Virus record (IMG/VR): IMGVR_UViG_3300009164_000304
Coordinates: 1-26,756 of that record
Origin: a virus
Lineage: Duplodnaviria > Caudoviricetes
Strand: one strand, 5' to 3'
Length of the DNA: 26,756 nucleotides
The position numbers and the translations under genes were made by a program. This document shows, piece by piece, positions 24,845 through 26,756 of the stretch. Below the pieces are notes generated by a model. The model was given only the letters and a program-made list of their open reading frames with translations, did not search any database and had not been told where the DNA came from. How positions within the stretch are numbered: position 1 is the first letter of the stretch; each line of letters opens with the position of its first letter.

Positions 24845-26756
24845 ATGAATGAAGAAGCAATAAAGGACGCATATAACTTATTTGTTCAAAATGGATACAA
24901 GAAAAGTATCGACGAGTTTAAGACCTTAATGTCTTCAACACCCGAGGCATTAAACGACTCGTATAATATATTCGTAAAAAACGGGTATAATAAAAGCATT
25001 GACGACTACAAGACGCTAATTGGTGTAAGTGGAGGTCAACGGGCACAACCTGTGCAGCCTACACAACAGGCGCAGGATATGCAGCAAGAGCAGCCTGTAG
25101 ATGAAGGGCATGCACAGCCACCATTAAAAAAAAAAGAACAACCAAGTTTTTCGGCATTGCCATTGGCAGATGGTTCGTCGGCGTTACCTACTACCCAAGG
25201 AACTCCTAGTCCATTACCTCAACCAACCGCACAGCCTGCAACACAGCCTGCTGTTAATACTGCAGTGCAACCAACCGCACAGCCAACAGGACAGGTTCCT
25301 ACTAAACCTGTAGATAATAAAGAAAAGTATTTTACCAATTGGGCAGGCGTGTTGACGCCTGATACTGTGCCAAACAGGGTAGAGAATGCTGTACAGGAGT
25401 ACACAACCGTTCCGTTAACTAAGTGGTTCCTTGAGTCTGCAGATAATATAGTTAACGCATCTAAGAACATACTGACAGGGACAGGTTTTTTTGGGGAGGA
25501 CATACCCGACACTGAAACCCCTATAACAGACGCACTGAAACAGCAACAGCAAAAAAAACAAGTTGATAAAAATGGTAACATTATAACAACTGCATTTGGT
25601 ATGTTAGGAAAAACAGGTGACGTTGTTGCATCCATTATTATAAACTCCGTGCTACCTCAAGACACGAAGAACAAGTTAATAAGTAACCTAAACAATGCAT
25701 CTGCAGCCAATAAGGAGTACCTTAAGTCAATGCAAGAGGCTGAGGGTAAGAACCAAGACACAAACATTGCGTCTAGGGCAATAAAGGGCATTGTTGGCAT
25801 GGCGCCTGACTTACTACTAGCCGCAGAACTTGGGCCACAGGCGGCAGAGGCTAAACTAGCTAAGTACGGTGAGACTATAACAAAGAATGCCGCACCTTTA
25901 TTAAAAAAACTTGTACCGAATGCGTTGGGATTAATAGAAAGAGGCGCACAGTCAGGATTTACAAAACTGATGGCTATAGAGGGCGCAGTTAAAGGGGTTG
26001 CTGAAACTAAAAAAGACGAGAATTATTTTTGGAATGGTATAAAGGGGTCTGCAGAGGGTGCACTAGAGGGCATGTACATGCACGGACTTGGTGAGGCTGC
26101 AGGCGCTGCCGCTACTCCTATAGCAAAGTTGGTGTCAAAGACCGGGGTTAACAGCGCAATAGCAACGGCTATAGCCACCCCTCTTGCAAATGCGGGAGTT
26201 TTTGCGACAGCAAAGGCGTTAAGGATGGGTATTACAGAACAGAAACTTGTGTCAGGAGAAGACCTTGCGATGGAGGCCGCAACAGGTGTTGGATTCAGTC
26301 TTTTGCATCTTGGCAGTCAGTACAAGAACCATAAAGAACTTAACCACTACTACGACAATGTACTTAAGGACGACGCCGCAGATTCATTCACTAGGGTTAT
26401 AAATGAGACAAAGGCTAATTTAGATGTGGCATACACTCCCGACCTTACACCGGAGCGTGTTAAGGAACTACAGACCGCAAGGGATGAGATAAAGGACGCA
26501 ATATTAAAGGAACCCGACCTAAAAAATAAGACCATACTAGGCAACGAGGCTATAAAAATTCAGAACCAATTAGATGCACACGCTTCTATAAAAGGAATAG
26601 TAGAGAATAAGGACTTCCTTGTAAACGAGATAGCACAGAATGAAAAATTAGATCAAAAACAGAAGGACTTCTACACAAAGAAGATAACTGCAATTGCAGA
26701 CGCATACGACACGTCTCCTCTTGGTATACAGAAGAGGGAGTTTAACAATAAGATAG
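24845..26756 (+). CDS. Large internal virion (ejection) protein 3, truncated by the window end
   Basis: Manually translated: ATG 24845 (MNEEAIKDAYNLFVQNGY...) is open for 637 codons to the window edge. P/Q/T linker followed by Gly/Ala-rich helices. Absent from the ORF track. Confidence 0.85.
   Translation, partial: MNEEAIKDAYNLFVQNGYKKSIDEFKTLMSSTPEALNDSYNIFVKNGYNKSIDDYKTLIGVSGGQRAQPVQPTQQAQDMQQEQPVDEGHAQPPLKKKEQPSFSALPLADGSSALPTTQGTPSPLPQPTAQPATQPAVNTAVQPTAQPTGQVPTKPVDNKEKYFTNWAGVLTPDTVPNRVENAVQEYTTVPLTKWFLESADNIVNASKNILTGTGFFGEDIPDTETPITDALKQQQQKKQVDKNGNIITTAFGMLGKTGDVVASIIINSVLPQDTKNKLISNLNNASAANKEYLKSMQEAEGKNQDTNIASRAIKGIVGMAPDLLLAAELGPQAAEAKLAKYGETITKNAAPLLKKLVPNALGLIERGAQSGFTKLMAIEGAVKGVAETKKDENYFWNGIKGSAEGALEGMYMHGLGEAAGAAATPIAKLVSKTGVNSAIATAIATPLANAGVFATAKALRMGITEQKLVSGEDLAMEAATGVGFSLLHLGSQYKNHKELNHYYDNVLKDDAADSFTRVINETKANLDVAYTPDLTPERVKELQTARDEIKDAILKEPDLKNKTILGNEAIKIQNQLDAHASIKGIVENKDFLVNEIAQNEKLDQKQKDFYTKKITAIADAYDTSPLGIQKREFNNKI
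25126..25209 (+). other. A10 slippery tract and overlapping -1 frame coding segment (candidate programmed frameshift)
   Basis: TTA AAA AAA AAA GAA in frame 0. The -1 frame reads KKKRTTKFFGIAIGRWFVGVTYYPRNS* (TAG 25207-25209). Confidence 0.5.

Noticed and set aside
25221-25290. Short direct repeat CAACCAACCGCACAGCC
   Set aside because: It encodes a QPTAQP low-complexity linker, which is ordinary for such proteins.
727-26544. All minus-strand ORFs in the track (e.g. 727-1113, 5657-6247, 23488-23832, 25219-25635)
   Set aside because: They lie antisense to well-supported + strand genes, have shadow-like composition (S/F/L/I-rich) and no motifs.
1-26756. Stop-codon reassignment (TAG to Gln) as in some crAss-like phages
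   Set aside because: Genes are full length under code 11, TAG ends several genes at sensible boundaries, and TerS TAG readthrough is not in the TerL frame.
1-26756. tRNA or other structured RNA genes
   Set aside because: Intergenic gaps are short (about 90 nt or less), AT-rich and explained by terminators, promoters and leaders. No cloverleaf was seen.

Overview
The window is the late (lysis and virion morphogenesis) region of a podovirus-like tailed phage, almost certainly infecting Bacteroidota (TAnnTTTG promoter boxes, AT-rich leaders without Shine-Dalgarno, crAss-like/Cellulophaga-podovirus gene order). All credible genes are on the + strand in standard code 11. In order: small membrane protein, M15 peptidase endolysin, holin, ferritin/Dps-like protein, repeat-built fibre, tandem GroES-like protein, 2OG-Fe(II) oxygenase, TerS/TerL, portal, scaffold, major capsid, head-tail/tail ring proteins, a muzzle/stabilisation protein apparently split over separate genes, a GNAT, and three ejection (internal virion) proteins. 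The last of these (24845 to the window end) is missing from the ORF track. The most unusual signals are: (1) an A10 slippery tract early in the large ejection gene, followed by a protein-like -1 frame (KKKRTTKFFGIAIGRWFVGVTYYPRNS*), suggesting an undescribed programmed frameshift; (2) apparent total absence of the tetramer CCAG/CTGG in 26.7 kb while CTAG is common; (3) a TerL with no AUG start, nested in the end of TerS; (4) the split, Cys-rich muzzle locus. Protein family calls come from motifs, synteny and recall, not database searches, and k-mer observations come from a manual scan.
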